From Guillardia theta CCMP2712 (Eukaryota > Protista > Cryptophyta), in NCBI RefSeq assembly GCF_000315625.1, contig NW_005434664.1, positions 613,497-677,496 of the forward strand: DNA of 64,000 nucleotides, in the 5' to 3' direction. Below the pieces are notes generated by a model, which was not told where the DNA came from, did no database searches, and was given only the letters and a program-made list of their open reading frames with translations. Numbering within the stretch: the first letter of the stretch is position 1; the number at the start of each line of letters is the position of its first letter. The translations under genes were made by a program, and so were the position numbers. Positions 1-11,777 of this stretch are shown here, piece after piece.

Positions 1-400
1 TCCTTACCTTGAGGTGAGCTCAGTACTACTAGTCTGGACTGAGTCCCAACGGGCCGGGTGGCCTCACTGAGGCAGGCCGGGCTGGCATACCATACCGTAC
101 AGTACTGATGACTGATCCGGGTGTCCCGGACCGGGCAGACGGTTCGCCCGGCGGCCGGCCAGCACGGTCCAGCTCCGGGCCACCGCATGAACGGCCCGGC
201 AGCCGCTTGAAGTCGCCGTGGAACAGGATCATCGGCGGCAAGGACGAGTCCGGAAGTTCGGCTGAAACCGCTCAGCCGACCCGGTGAGTCACCGGCCGGG
301 TGACAGAGCAGGCTTGCTGGCAGTCAGCAGCCGCCCCGGGCCCGCCGGTACCGCCTGGCCCGGGCGGCCGGGGGCCCGGCGGACATAGACACTTGAGCCT
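1..400. promoter_or_regulatory. GC-rich CCGG/GGCC palindrome-rich intergenic patch upstream of the GS gene
   Basis: Dense CCGG, GGCC, GGGCCC, GGTACC, AGTACT, CTCAG/CTGAG and GAGTC words with no credible ORF. Similar patches occur at 22775-23015, 28110-28215, 46500-46540 and 57740-57856. A regulatory role is inferred from position only. Confidence 0.4.
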
Positions 401-419
401 CAGCCGTTTATTTCGTATG

Positions 420-1240
420 GTTGGGAAAGTGGGTAGGGTGTTGGGGTCACGTATGTACGAGGGGTAGTCATAGGAATAAGGGAGGGTAGTCGTGATGCGG
501 CTGCCCTAAAAAAAAAAAGGCTCGTGCGGATCCGCACCCCACGTGTAGTACCCCTACCCCCATTTAAGTAACACCCCACCCTCCTCATTTCCAACAAGAA
601 CTCATCAGTTCCTCAGACACCCCTCCAAACATCATCATCTGCTGTTGGGTAGGTGTACACCCTACCACGTGTTTCCACCACCCCTGTATAGCCCCGAAGG
701 GTGCTGTCACTTCAGTAGGGGTGGTTGCCTCATGTAGCCAAAATATACCCTATCATTGTGGTCCGTCTGATAGTATACATATATGGTAGGGTCACTACCC
801 CCACATGCTCATACTGAAGTCATCAGTCCACGAAGCTGTCGTCCGTGGAACAGTACCCCACCAGTTTTGTACACCAAATTCGACTACCCCACCCTATCCA
901 CTAGCCACACCGTGAAAGCTTTTTTATCTCAGCGGATGTACCCCACCCCACCTAAATGGAGGAAGCATATAGTTATAGGGGTTGGGCTGATATCTGAGAA
1001 AGGGAAACTTGTGGGTGGGGTGGTACCAAGATACGGTGGAAGGGGTGGGGGCGTTCCGGCCTTATGGGGGCGCGTATATAAAGAGTTTGGCAACACCTCA
1101 GGAAGGTGGGGGTATACTTAAAGGGGGTACATGGTACCGGATTATATAGGAAATCCAAGGAAAATCGAGGGTAGGGGTACAAAAAGGTGGTGTAGATCCT
1201 CGTCTAAGGGGGGTAGGGGACCTCTCTCCCCCCCTTTCTT
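420..1240. promoter_or_regulatory. GGGGTA/TACCCC-rich intergenic patch upstream of the GS gene
   Basis: Repeated tacccctacccc (549-560), gggtaggggtac (about 1169-1180) and many GGGGT/ACCCC words. The C-rich strand dominates the first half and the G-rich strand the second half. Confidence 0.45.
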
Positions 1241-1274
1241 ATCTCTCGTCCCTTCCCAACCTTCGACAGCCGCC

Positions 1275-2573
1275 ATGCACGCAGTTCTCGGAGGACTTCT
1301 CCTCCTCCTCCCGTGCACTTCTGCATTCCTTCCTTCCACTCCCTCCTCCCTTCTCTCTTCTCGTTCACTCACCCTCAAGTCTGCTGCAGCCAGGCATGCC
1401 TCCCCTTTGCCGCGCCCATCCCTCGCTGCTCGCCCATCCCCACGATTCGCAGCTGCGCTTCGTATGGCGCATGGAAAGTGCCGTGCTGAGTACATCTGGA
1501 TCGGAGGTAGAGGAGGATGCGGAGATGACTACCGCTCCAAGACCCGTGTGTTGGATAAGCGTCCAACCTCGGTCTCTGAGCTTCCCCTGTGGAACTACGA
1601 TGGATCGTCGACTGGTCAGGCCCCGGGAGGGGATTCTGAGATCTACTTGCAGCCTGCCTTCATGTGCGCGGATCCCATGCGTGGAGGAGACAACATCCTC
1701 GTCCTTTGCGAGATGATCGACCCGAAGAACAACCCCATCCCTACCAGCACCCGCAGTGTGGCTAAGAAGATCTTTGACCAGGCGCCCGAGGAGGAGCCAT
1801 GGTACGGTATCGAGCAGGAGTACACTCTCTTCCAGGACGGCGTTCCCATGGGCTGGCCCAAGTCTACTGCTCGTCCCTTTGACATTCCCAGCCCTCTCAT
1901 GCAGTTCGGCTATCCTGGACCCCAGGGCCCATACTACTGTGCAGTTGGCCATGACGTTTCGTTCGGACGCCTCATCTGCGAGGAGCATCTCGAGCTTTGC
2001 CTCGAAGCCGGCCTTAACGTCGGCGGTATCAACGGAGAGGTGATGCCTGGACAGTGGGAGTTCCAGGTTGGTCCCTGCGTCGGCATCGAGGCTGGCGATC
2101 ACCTCCACATGGCTCGCTTCCTCCTCCAGCGCGTCTGCGAGGAGAACGGAGTGATTGTCTCCTTTGACCCCAAGCCCATCCCTGGAAACTGGAACGGAGC
2201 TGGATGCCACACCAACTTCTCTACCAAGAAGATGCGTGCCGACGGAGGCCTCAAGGTCATCCTTGATGCCTGCGAAAAGCTCGGCAAGAACCACGAGAAG
2301 CACATCAGACTCTACGGCGAGGGCAACGAGCGCCGCCTTACCGGAACCTGCGAGACCAACTCCATCGACAACTTCAAGTACGGAGTTGCTGACCGTGGTG
2401 CCTCCATCCGTATTCCCCGCTTCACCGATCGTGACGGCAAGGGCTACATGGAGGATCGTCGCCCTGCCTCCAACATCGATCCCTATGTTGTCACTGCTCT
2501 CATCTTTGACACCTGCTGCCTCAAGGGAGACACCACTGCTTTCGAGGCCTACAAGAACAGCATCCAGTTGTAA
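1275..2573 (+). CDS. GLN2: Glutamine synthetase type II, predicted plastid-targeted, intronless
   Basis: GSII motifs [87 protein letters not shown]. The ATG at 1275 starts [20 protein letters not shown], a signal peptide followed by Phe and a Ser/Arg-rich transit peptide. Confidence 0.96.
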   Translation: MHAVLGGLLLLLPCTSAFLPSTPSSLLSSRSLTLKSAAARHASPLPRPSLAARPSPRFAAALRMAHGKCRAEYIWIGGRGGCGDDYRSKTRVLDKRPTSVSELPLWNYDGSSTGQAPGGDSEIYLQPAFMCADPMRGGDNILVLCEMIDPKNNPIPTSTRSVAKKIFDQAPEEEPWYGIEQEYTLFQDGVPMGWPKSTARPFDIPSPLMQFGYPGPQGPYYCAVGHDVSFGRLICEEHLELCLEAGLNVGGINGEVMPGQWEFQVGPCVGIEAGDHLHMARFLLQRVCEENGVIVSFDPKPIPGNWNGAGCHTNFSTKKMRADGGLKVILDACEKLGKNHEKHIRLYGEGNERRLTGTCETNSIDNFKYGVADRGASIRIPRFTDRDGKGYMEDRRPASNIDPYVVTALIFDTCCLKGDTTAFEAYKNSIQL

Positions 2574-2772
2574 GCGGTCGTAGAGCTCGATTTTGAATAC
2601 ACTTGCTAAACGTGATATGAGCGACATGATTCACGCCATCTTTTAGTGCAGTGGCTGCGGCGAATTGCAGCAATGTGTCGAAGACAAGCTCGTAGAGCTG
2701 TGCTCTGTGTTTGTTTTTGTCTTTCTTTAATGTTTGTAAGAAACGAGCTAGTCAGACTTTGTCAGTCTGCCG

Positions 2773-4937
2773 TTAAATCTTGTAGCGCATCTGAGCTGAG
2801 GCCGCCAAGGCTGCGACGGATCGATGCGTAGAACCTGCCATGAATGAGATGCGAAGGGCCCAGGCAAATTAGACCTGTTGATGGACGCATTGACGATCGA
2901 AGAGAGAGCATGGGAGAGGAGGAAGGAGAAGGTCTGTAGCTTGATTCATCCTCATGCTTGTCAAAGACGTCAGCAAGTTGCGTGCTCGGCAGATGACTGG
3001 CCTACCTCCGCTACTCGCGGATGATCGTCATCGTCCTGCAGCCATCGTTCGATGCGACGTTTCGCTCCCTTAGCAAACAGCTGAGTGAGCTGGTAGCCTG
3101 CTTGCCTCCACCTACCGGCGTGAGGTTGGTCGCGTCTTCGAGGTCGAGGCTCTGCACTTTCTCCTGCAAGAGGGGAAGAGGAGGAAGAGTCTCCCTCGCA
3201 ACTTGCTGCTTCTGCTGCCGGAGGATTATCATCGCACTGTAGCATGTCAAGCATCACCTGATCTCGTCTCCCCGACGTCTCTACTTCTTCCTTCTTGCCG
3301 TGCACGGCTTCTGTGGTACCAACATGACGAGATTTGTTCACTTCGTCAAGCTTTCATGGAAATAGAGCGTGAATCATAACATTCTTCTTTCTTCGACATT
3401 ACCTCGGCTCCTTCTGAATGATCTTTTCCTCTGCTGCAACCAAAGTCAAACCTCGTCCGTCAGTCCAGCACATACACACACCGGTGCAGCTCGGGCTTCT
3501 TGTCCTCCTCGTCCTGCTCTTCAGGTATGGGCTCACTGGCTACCAGGGAAGAATTTCCACCCCTTCCTCCGTTGGCGACCAACATCCTTCCTCAAACATC
3601 AGCCAACGTGCGGCCGACAGGGCGATGCGGTCACTTGATAGGCCTCGCTGAGGACTTGGGGGGGCGCTGAGACGACCTGGAGGACTGAGAGGTCAGCCTG
3701 GAGCTCTCAGCCGAGTGAGCCGAGTGAAGTTTCGACGGGGAGCTGCAGGAGAGTCACGAGGCTCAGCAGCCCTGCTGTTGAACCTGAAGGGATGGGACGT
3801 GGATGCGCTCTTCATGGAAACTCCGTCGGGCTGAGCAGGGCATGAGCAACAGCACACGCGTTCACCTCTTTCAGCATGCAAGGCAAGAGGGAAGAGGTGT
3901 CACTCACGAGGTACTGAGACTCCATGAGAAATGTGGCATGCTGCCGACGTCCAAAGAGCCTTCCCACTCCAAACGAGACTAAAGGGAAGGGAAGAAGGGA
4001 GGGAGGGAGTGAGGAGTGAGGGAGGGAGGCGTCAGAACAAGTCAACAGATATCGGCATCCTGCTTACTTTCGACTTCCTTCCCTTCCCTGATCGCTTCTC
4101 CTATCGCACTGACCATCCTCTGAGGCCCCGGGATCAGTACCAGGGCACCAGGTCAGTGGCAGCTCCTCACCTTGAAGGCAGTGGTGATGACATCCTTCTT
4201 CAGATTCTCCGAGTAGTTGATCGCCAGCTGTCAAGAGCCCGAACGTGTCAGCTAGACCAGCCCTCACCAGGTCCCCAGCACCTTGGCAAAGTTGATCTCC
4301 TCGCACTTCGCCTCTGGTAGCTCGGCAGGTTTGCGGTACCTAGGTTTCGGGATGAGAAAGGCCCAAGGCGCCGCGCAAGCACCGAATGCCGTATTGCTGG
4401 ATGAAGTACTCGGACAGGCACACGTGCGGTCTTGCTACCCCGACCCCCTCGGAGCTTGCTCGTCCTCCTAAGTCAGCTCTCTCCTGCTCATTCGAACCTG
4501 AGCCGAGCCAGGCGTCTCCTCGCCGCTACCTCAGACTTCTTGGCGCCGAGTTTTCCTCCAGCCCATGTTATCTTGAGAAAGTGAGGTATGTTGACCCCCT
4601 TGATTCATCAGAAAGTTATCTATCGGGACGGGTGGGAAGGAGGTGGAGGGCGATTGGCGGGGTACAGAGCTGAAGAGGAACGGCGAGGAGAGCAACAGCA
4701 ACGAAGACGAGGACAGAGAAAGAATTAACAGAGGAGAGGGCGAGAAAGAGAGAGGAGATGGGGGGTGAGCAGGAGTGAGGCTGAGTTTCAATGCACCTGA
4801 CTTTTACCCTCAAAGGTCGCTTTGATCCACTTGGTCAAGGAGTCCCAAACTTGTTCGTAAGTCTCTTTTGTCAGTTCGTAACCTGGCAACGATCGTCCGG
4901 AGCAAGAAGAGAAGAGCTCTTCGTTGTTGAACACCAT
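2773..4937 (-). CDS. CCDC81: CCDC81-like protein (two eukaryotic HU-like domains plus low-complexity C-terminus), multi-exon
   Basis: Manually spliced N-terminus MVFNNEELF...EQVWDSLTKWIKATFEGKR/GVNIPHFLKITW...RPHVCLSEYFIQQYGIR...EINFAK/LAINYSENLKKDVITTAFK/RMVSAIGEAIREG...VSFGVGRLF resembles the CCDC81 HU-domain pattern. The last exon reads GSTHRSVAALAASAQMRYKI*. Internal exons are approximate. Confidence 0.6.
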
Positions 4938-5524
4938 CGTTCAGCAGGCTTCCAAGACTTTCATGATGTCTGTCACAGTTTCAGCTCTATCGTGTCAGAA
5001 ATGTACTCCTCGACTATTTCATTCTACTCCCTCAAAGACCTCTCTTGTATTCTATCATACAACATTCAAAGCACGCTCGTCTCATCCTACAGCAGGTACG
5101 CCCCTTCTCGCATGATCCTCGGTCTTCTCAAGACCACGAGCACCCGAGGGGTCAGAGTCCAAGAGGAGCCAGGACCCTTCGTGTGCGAGTGCCGAACGTT
5201 CAGAGCTCGATTCACTGCAGCGTGTTGACAGTTCTCCATATTCATTCTCGACATTCTCTGTAACACTTACACAGATCATCTTCCCCCTGTTCCTTCTGTT
5301 CCTTCTTCCCGTGCTCCCTTGTACTTCCTCCCTTCCCTTCCTTGTCAGGTATCGCCATAGCATTGTCCGTTATCCGTCATCGGGTTCGCCTCGTCAATTT
5401 TTCGGGACCTATATGAAAGGCAGAAAATTGGCTTATAGAAAAGCTGTTTCTGCCTTTTTCTCCTTCGATCACCCCTTATTTTCTCATCGAATCACCTAGG
5501 CCTGTCTGTGCATCTCTGTACGTC

Positions 5525-5760
5525 AAATCTACCCCACTGAGGCACAGGCTTGAGGGGGGTAGGGGTACCATTGCCAGACTGTCCTATGGATTGTGTAGGG
5601 GTGTTTCTATTCTGGTGGTGGGATAGGATATGGTAGGGTACTAAAAGTACCCCATGGTTCATAGCCCATATAAATCACATAAGTACCGGTATTGATTTTC
5701 AGAGTAGGGGTTAAATGATGGAGCAGGGTGTCCAGAGGGTGGTGTGGGGGTGGCGATGGA
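5525..5760. promoter_or_regulatory. GGGGTA-rich patch between the divergent CCDC81-like and UFD1 genes
   Basis: ggggggtaggggtacc at 5554-5569, plus ggtagggtac, gtacccc and gtaggggt words. Confidence 0.4.
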
Positions 5761-6095
5761 ATGGGCTCAGTAGACGCCATGGCAGGAAGCAAGCTATAAA
5801 AGATGCAGAGTCAGCGACTTAAAATGCAGAGAGAGAGCATGACGACATGAACATCGCAGTGTCAGTGAAGAGATTGATTCCTACTACCGGATGATAGTCA
5901 GCTGATGTTCAGAATGAGTTTGTTTGTGGTGTACTGCTACGCTTCAAGAGAAATTCTCAACGTGAGATGATACGGATTGTGGCACCTGCCATGAAGTAGG
6001 ACGGTATAAGATTTGATGTACGAATGAGAGCAACAAGTGCACACACGCAAGAATGTCTAGACCTGGTACCGGGACTAACGATTCTTGGATAGGTC

Positions 6096-7361
6096 ATGGC
6101 ATTTCCGTTTCCCCCTGGTTTCCCTGGTGGATACGGCGGCGGGTTTGGTGGACCGATGCGGATGATGGGAGGACGAGGCTTCGGACAAGCGAATTTCTCA
6201 CAGAGATATCATGCTATCCCGGTAGCAGCAGCTGACAAGTCTGACACTTCCAAGCTCGAAGCAGGAGGCAAGATTATGCTGCCTCCGTCAGCTCTACAGC
6301 AGCTGTCATTGTTGGAAATAGCATACCCCATGCTCTTCGAGATTACTAACAGAGCCAATGGTCGCAAGCTGCACTGTGGCGTTCTAGAATTCATCGCCAA
6401 CGAAGGCAGTGTGCTGATGCCGCATTGGGTGAGTAACCATGTGTTCCTCTGGGTTGATCGTCTGAACTCTCGCAGATGATGCAAAATCTTGGTGTGGACC
6501 ATGGCGACCTGGTCACCGTTGAGAGCGCCACACTTCCGAAGGGTCAGTATGTCAAGTTGCGGCCACAGAGCAAAACGTTCTTGGACATAGCGAATCCCAA
6601 GGCTGTCCTTGAGAATACTCTACGAAGTTTCTCAGCACTGACGAAAGGCTCGACCATCCGAATTCATTACAACAACAAGCAATATGACATAGATGTTGTG
6701 GATATCAAACCACGAGACACAGGGGCGATTTCCATTGTCGATGCTGACGTCAACGTGGATTTTGATGCTCCGGCTGATTATGTCGAGCCAGTCCGAGTGC
6801 CAGAGCCCCTAAGATGCATGTATCCTTAGAATTCCTCGTTGTCCCACACCCATTTCAACTTACAATTGTTGCAGTTTTTTGCGGACCTTGAAAATCCTGA
6901 AAACGAAGAGATAGATGCTAACAACAAGACGGTGCGTTGTTGTGTTCTTCATTCATTTCACTTCTTGGGAGTAATCACACCTTTCGATAGATAAAGGCAT
7001 TCACCGGCACAGGATCACGACCAAACGGCAAAGCGGTTGACGGCGGAGGGTAAGCTCCGGTGAATGCGAGATGTTTACAAGCTGACGAATGCGTAGAAGC
7101 AGCGAAATGCAAACCGACACCGTTACTCCACAGAAGAAGGTGGAACCTCAATAGCGTCTCGCACTTCATAACTTTGCATGGCAGCCGGCATTACAATGGA
7201 AACTGCGATTCGAAAGACACGGAGGAATGCAGCCCTCACTCGATGGCAAGGTACGACGTCAGATCCGAAGCCTTCTGAGTCTGATCGCCTGGCAGGGTGC
7301 TGTAGGGGAGGCTGACAGCTTTGCAGCCTTCAAAGGCGAGGGACGATCGCTCAAAGGATAA
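6096..7361 (+). CDS. UFD1: Ubiquitin fusion degradation protein 1 (Cdc48/p97 cofactor), multi-exon
   Basis: GGKIMLPPSAL, YPMLFEI, HCGVLEFIA, LPKGQYVKLRPQSKTFLDIANPKAVLENTLRSFSALTKG, VDFDAPADY. C-terminal SHP-box-like motifs FTGTGSRPNG and FKGEGRSLKG*. No signal peptide, so it is the host cytosolic type. Confidence 0.95.
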
Positions 7362-7414
7362 TCCTCTATGAGGCTTCATGACTTGCTTTTTAAGCCTTGA
7401 TCAAATCATGTACA

Positions 7415-9037
7415 TTACCCACTAGAAGCCTCCAAACAGGGATGGCAGCAAGCCATGAATACTAGAGCTCCCGCACCTGTCGAGACTTGTTAGCCTCTCC
7501 ATGTTGGGAACACATACAAGACCTGCTGATGGCTCGAGACTTGCTGAACAATTGGCAGCCAGCACAACTACCGATGAAGTTCTGGCAAAAATCGATTAGA
7601 AGTAGATACGGATTTGGAACTACATCGAGCCTCTACTTACTTGATCGGAATATCCGTGACAGCCAATGAATCATTCATTCCATCCGAGTTTGCTCGGAGC
7701 TGTGCCTGGCCTTCCACACAAATCAATATCCTTGGAGCAACTGAATTGCCAAGATCGACTGCCCTCGAGCTCAACTGTCAAGAAAAATCAGATCACAGGC
7801 GTCAGCAACGGTACTCTTGCCTCGATGCGAGCTAAAGAGAACTCGGGGAAGTCATGCCCCGGAGGCGCATAAACGCGCATTCCTTCCCTGGCCTCTCCCT
7901 CCATGATCTCAGCTGGCCCCGATCGCTCATAGTCCAGCATAGAGCACAAGGTTGCCACGTCTTTGAACTTGGGAGTGAACCCAGCTCGGACCTGTCGAAG
8001 CGTCAACCTCCCGCTTGACGAGAGGCCTTCGATGGCTCACCACATTGTCCGACGTCGCCATGATCTCCATGCAATCCCCGGAGAGGTAAGCGTGAGGAAG
8101 GTTGGGACCAAGGAAGAGAGCTTGCCCCGGCCTGAGCTTCACATGGTTCAAGAAGAAAATGTTGAAGAGGCCGACGTCAAGAGGGAATTGCTCGTTGATC
8201 CGAAGGACTAGCTCCTCCACGTCCCTGTGAAACGTATGAGGAGAGGAACAACATTTATATGTTGTGCATCAAAAGATCATCATCGTTACCTGAGTTTTTG
8301 ACTTGACTTCAAACGGTCCACCATCTTGCTTGCCTGATGCTTTACCCGGTCTTCAGGACTTGACATCACCATGTTAAATGCTTGTTTAAGAGCCTCTGCT
8401 CGCGATTGAGCATCCTTGTCTAGGCTTGACTCCATCAGTTTCACCGTATCCTGACCAATCAGCTCCTTCAACTCCGGCACGGCACCAACATTCTCCACAA
8501 TTTCGTCTAATTTTCGAAATCCGCAGAGACCTTCGAATTCGGTCACAGCACACGCAAGCTCTGGCTTGTGGTTATCATCGGGATAGTTCGGCTTATCCCT
8601 TGCATGTAGAAGCTTTGCCAGCCTGCGATCAAGATCTTTTTCAGAATGTCTCATCTCATCAGCTCGCATGGTAAATCTCACGTTTTGTCAGGGTGCGCTT
8701 GAATTGACAACGCCTTTGCAACAGAAAGACACTTGAAGAGATACGGCAAGTCTCCTCCGAACATGCCAGCCTTTGAACCCATGAAAACCTCGTTTAGACG
8801 GAGAAATTCGCCCAGCACCATCCCGCTCCACCCGTCTTCGAGCACCACCGAGGGTGCCTTCGGATGCGTTCCCATCCAGAGCTCAGCGAAGGGCTTCTCT
8901 TCCGCTACTTGTGCGTTAGCCATCCTCGCAACGAGGCTGCTCTGTCCTCCCCCTCTCACCCCCCACTCATAGTTCTGCACCGCAGGCTCTAACTTGGCGG
9001 CTGCCGGCACCTTCGCTGCCGTCGCGTTGCCCTGCAT
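7415..9037 (-). CDS. MPI: Mannose-6-phosphate isomerase, type I, multi-exon
   Basis: QNYEWG, AELWMGTHP, LPYLFKCLSVAKALSIQAHPDK, YPDDNHKPELA, FFLNHVKLRPGQALFLGPNLPHAYLSGDCMEIMATSDNV(VRAGFTPKFKDV). The last exon ends ...LVFMACCHPCLEASSG*. Confidence 0.95.
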
Positions 9038-9270
9038 GGAAACAGAGGCGTCGAGAACTTTTCAGTCAACGTGAAAAAAAGAAAACGAAGTGATAGCAGA
9101 AAGATGGCAGGAAAACGAGGAGAGCGAGGTCGGGGCTGGGGAGGGGAGCGAAAAGAGGAGACAGGAGGGAACAGGAAAAAGGACAATCGACGGATGAGAT
9201 GCTATTGATTGTTGTTCAGGGATCCTGTTGGTTGTACTTCAGGGAAGGAGAAAATTCTGAGTTTATTCCT

Positions 9271-11329
9271 TCAACTATATGGATCTATCAGTTTTAGCTC
9301 AGAATTTCGTGCCCATGGCACAAAAACCTCCCTGAGAGGAGAGAAATCATCAGAGAGATATCGTAGGGACCAGATGCAGCAAAGTGAATTACCTGTCTTC
9401 GTGGTACTTAAAGCAGAAAGCGTCCATCGCTCCAGATGTAGAAGAATCGTCAGTCTGCAGAATTTCTGTCAAGAGTTGGTTGGATGGCTCGAAGGCCGAT
9501 CTCACAGCAGCACAAGGGTGCCCGAACTGACAAACCCACACAGAGTAGTCTTCATCCATGAGGACTCCTAGTCCTCCTGCAAGTGCAGTCAAGGTGCCAG
9601 TAGAGGAGCGAAGAAGTGATCTCATAGGCTCACCAGTCGCGAACGAGAGCTTCTCTCGTTTACCAGTCATGTGCTTGCGCGAGACTATCTCTTCCCATGT
9701 GGCATTCAGAACGCAACCCGGCGACTCGGAGCTGACGTTGAGAGGGGGAGGAGACGATGCTTCAGAAGCACAGCCAGTCGTGTTGACGGGCGGTATCAAG
9801 TCACAGGCGACACAAACATCTCGCACAGCGATCTTCCTGACTCTCTCGTTGTTGAGGTCTGCCACGTAGACAGTCAAGCCGTCGGGAGACACGGCGATGG
9901 CGGCAGGCGTGTTGAAGCTTGACTCGGAGGGAGGGCCGTCTGAGAAACTTTGATTGCCCGACCCCGCGAGGGTTCTTGTCCAGCCATCTGCCAGGCGGAC
10001 CTGACGGATCCTCTGACTGAGAGAGTCTGCGATGTAGAGATAGCGCCCGTCAGGCGATGCTGCAACTGAGAGAGGAGTAGAGAGAGACACCGTGGCTGCT
10101 TCTCCGTCAGCGGAACCTAGGTCTCCCTTCCCCACCAGCGTCAACGTCGCGCCGCTAGTAGTGTTGACTTTTCTGACTCGATTGTTGCCGGAATCAGCAA
10201 CATACAACCACTGTCCATCGGGCGATGTCGAGACGCCGCACGGCTGGTTGAAACTCGAGCTGTTCCAGTCTCCGTCCGCAAACCCTGGGGTCCCTGTGCC
10301 GGCGAGGGTCGTCGTTGAACCATCTCGCATGCTCACCTTGCGGATCCTGTGGTTGTCTCGATCCCCGACGTAGAGCCACAAGTCATCGGGAGACAAGGCC
10401 AGCCCGTACGGGCAGTTGAATCTTGCAGCACCAGCTGCACCGTCAGCGAAGCCTTGCGAGGATCCAGCGATGGTGCTGACGTGCTGTTCCAACATGTAGA
10501 CCTTCCTGATGAGATGGTTCTCGCACTCTGAGACATACACGTTTCTGCCATCTGATTTCGGCGCCAGCCCTGTAGGAGAGATTCTCGCAGTGGAACTTGT
10601 TCCATCCAGTACTCCGGGAGCGCCTGAACCAGCCAACGTCTTGGTGGCTCCATGCCCCACATGCACTGCCCTGATCTTTCGATTATATCGATCTGCCACG
10701 AACAACTGCTGCCCGTCCAACGAGACCGCAACACCCCAGGGACCGTCGAACTCAACAACAGTAGAGTCCTCCGCGTCCGCAAAGCCACTGATGCCATTTC
10801 CAGCTAGAGTCTCCACCTGCTGTGCTACCGTCTCGTTGTGAAGATCGCCGCTGCATGGGACGTCTTCTCGTTTGCATGCTTGAAGCAGGGAGCCTTCACC
10901 GGAGAGAACTCCGTGAGATCCTTGGGGACAATCCGCACAAGGTAAGTCTGCTCCTCCTCCGTACTTCCCGATTGCACATACGGTACAGTTCGAGGAACCG
11001 ATCGGGCCTGAGGTACCAGGAGGGCAGTGACAACCTGCAAGTCCAGGCTGATCTGTGCACCAAGCAGGGTACGCCCAGTTACTTCCTATACAATACTTCT
11101 TGGATGTATCGCAACCAGTCAAACGAATGTGTCCGCCACCACTGCAACTGCCGTAACAAGAAGAGCAGTAGCCTTTAGTGGGATAGGGATCGTTTGCAGA
11201 CCAAATCTTGGAGCAATCGCTATTTTGTGTGCAAGGCTGACCCATGCAAAGCGACTCCACACGATGAGGCTGCAGAAGCATGATGCTCAAGATGGCGCTG
11301 GCCAGCCACATGTACGGCGAGGCCTTCAT
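9271..11329 (-). CDS. Secreted NHL-repeat beta-propeller protein with Cys-rich (ephrin-receptor/GCC2-GCC3-like) N-terminus
   Basis: Signal peptide MKASPYMWLASAILSIMLL, Cys-rich CPPGTS...CTVCAIGKY...CADCPQGS, and about six repeats of FxxPxG(V/L)AxSPDGxxLYVADxxNxRIRKV with TLAGSG/GFADG. One intron 9392-9332 joins a terminal exon EVFVPWARNSELKLIDPYS*. Confidence 0.88.
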
Positions 11330-11530
11330 CTTCCAGCAGAGCAGACGTCTGCTCTCGACCCGCTGTCAAGGGCTCTTGCTGGACAGGTTCAACCTCTTGC
11401 TGGAAACAACGGTTGTTGCACGGTATTCCTTTTGGTTTACTTAAAGTTAAGTTAAATCATTAGTTACGGTGAAGGTATTATAGTCAATATTTTATAATAT
11501 GGCTGGATTGGACGCTTCTCGGGATAGCAG

Positions 11531-11568
11531 CGGAGGAGGAGGAGGAGGAGGAGGAGGAGGAGGAGGGA
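11531..11568 (+). repeat. (GGA)n microsatellite
   Basis: Direct reading: ggaggaggaggagg..., about 11 units. Confidence 0.9.
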
Positions 11569-11777
11569 GGTACGAGTGAATCCGATGGACGCAGCAGGAC
11601 TGTAGGTAGAGGCTGAGAGCCGCTGAGAGGCGCTCAGTGAGAGGCGCCGGTTCGGCTCAAACCATGAATGAATCGGAAGTGATGGCTTTGTTGCAAGGAG
11701 TGGCAACCATGAAGTCTTGATCTTTGAGGTCTGTATGACAAGGTGACACCCGCCGAGAGAGACATATCTTAAGAAGC

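Noticed and set aside
1131-1274. Upstream in-frame extension of the GS ORF
   Set aside because: It runs through the GGGGTA patch and a pyrimidine tract; the ATG at 1275 gives a clean signal peptide.
1365-2627. 420-aa antisense ORF over glutamine synthetase
   Set aside because: Shadow of strong C-ending codon bias on the sense strand; no recognisable motifs.
5000-5365. Possible extra minus-strand exons upstream of the CCDC81-like gene
   Set aside because: Splice-like signals are present, but I could not build a continuous frame; it may be a spliced 5' UTR or a small separate gene.
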